A stretch of DNA of 64,000 nucleotides, taken from the NCBI RefSeq assembly GCF_009914755.1, contig NC_060933.1; one strand, given 5' to 3'. The first letter of the stretch is position 1, and every line of letters begins with the position of its first letter. The notes below the pieces were generated by a model. It had not been told where the DNA came from, ran no database searches, and saw only the letters and a list, made by a program, of their open reading frames with translations. This stretch comes from the human T2T-CHM13v2.0 reference genome, Homo sapiens. This document shows positions 62,801 through 64,000 of this stretch, one piece after another. The position numbers and the translations under genes were made by a program.

Positions 62801-63779
62801 GGCTTAGTCCCATTCAAGTGTTAACCCCAGATTTTGAGAAGAGGCTTCTTATGAATCTTAATCTGAACTCTGTCTTGGAGTTAAATAAGTTCTCATTCAA
62901 AGTACAGCTCTGAAATGTCAGGGCAATCTAATATCAATAGCCCTTTTAGAACCTGAAAAATAATTACTGGCTTGAAAATGTTGGGGGGATGGTAGGTAGG
63001 ATTTGTGTCTTCTTTATACATTTATTCATTATACTTTTTATAGGTTTTTTATAATCCCTGAGTAAATGCTTTGATAAATTGCTTTCCCATGTTGTTGGTG
63101 ATAGCACTTACTGGAAGTCATACACAAAGTATATACATATGCTATTAGAAGGTGGTGCTTATCCAATTTATTCTTACCAACAAGTATTATACACTGACCC
63201 CATCAAAATCCATGTCCCTACTGATATTTTGAGCATGATATCAGCTGGTAGTTAGTGAAAAAATAAGCTCATTATTGCTTCCAGCTATAACTTCTGCGGT
63301 CCAGTTAAAAACTCTTATGTAAGGCCATTTTCAATTGAATACATGGTTTTCAAAAAAAAAAAATCATTTGTGAGACAGTTGTTTTATTATGGACACATTT
63401 TTATTTTCAAATAAAGATTGCAAGTAGAAATTATGATCCCAGTTCAATTTTCTATTAATCTAATATATTAAAATATAGTAGACAAATGTTAATAATAAAA
63501 TATATATTCTATCTGCTAGTTTCCAAATGATTTATGAAGAAGGATGAGAAAGAAACTTTTTAATTCCTGGTTCATAAGTCAAACTATGGCTAAATTTTTG
63601 AATATGTGATATTCTTTTACCATATTATTTCCTTTCTACATCTGTATTAACAATTTCAGAAACTATACTCACTGCTGTAGCTCACACGACATCTCCTGTC
63701 TCCCAAAGGATTTCCTGATGAAAATAATACCTATAGCAATCAGGTAATGCTTACTTACAACCTCAAAAATCCTTACATA

Positions 63780-63970
63780 TACCAACTCCTCCTATCCTCA
63801 CAGCAACCCTACACCTATGAGGTAGATAATGCTATTATCCCAATTTTTCATATTAGGAATCCAAGGCACAAGAAGTTAAATAACTTACCCACAATCACAC
63901 AGCTAGTAAGGGCAGAACTTTAATTTTGACTGAGGCAGTCCAGCTGTAAAGGCCATGCTGTTAATTATCT
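63780..63970 (-). mobile_element. MIR
   Basis: cctatgaggtagat...attatcccaattt...aaggcacaagaagttaaataacttaccc...cacacagctagtaa. Confidence 0.85.
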
Positions 63971-64000
63971 TTTCACTGAATTAATTGTGTGGGGGCTCTA

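Overview
AT-rich, repeat-dense primate (human-like) non-coding DNA, either intronic or intergenic. No protein-coding gene, RNA gene or CRISPR array is recognisable; the longer ORFs are LINE-1 remnants or Alu/simple-repeat artefacts. Contents: a 5.2-kb L1PA4-like element joined to an AluY inside one target-site duplication (TSD), several older L1s, about 12 Alus, ERVL/MaLR LTRs (MLT2A, a two-LTR THE1, MLT1 types), MIR/L2 relics and microsatellites. I found no new biological system. The notable signals are structural: (1) a ~550-bp inverted duplication, 13 kb apart, of one L1 insertion plus its unique flank, possibly the scar of an old inversion; (2) the Alu-L1 unit with a 499-codon endonuclease-containing ORF2 fragment; (3) a ~200-bp unassigned hairpin; (4) an ancient ~115-bp direct duplication; (5) a fold-back repair-like scar at an L1 5' junction; (6) a few candidate small exons. 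Subfamily calls come from recalled consensus diagnostics and boundaries of old repeats are approximate.
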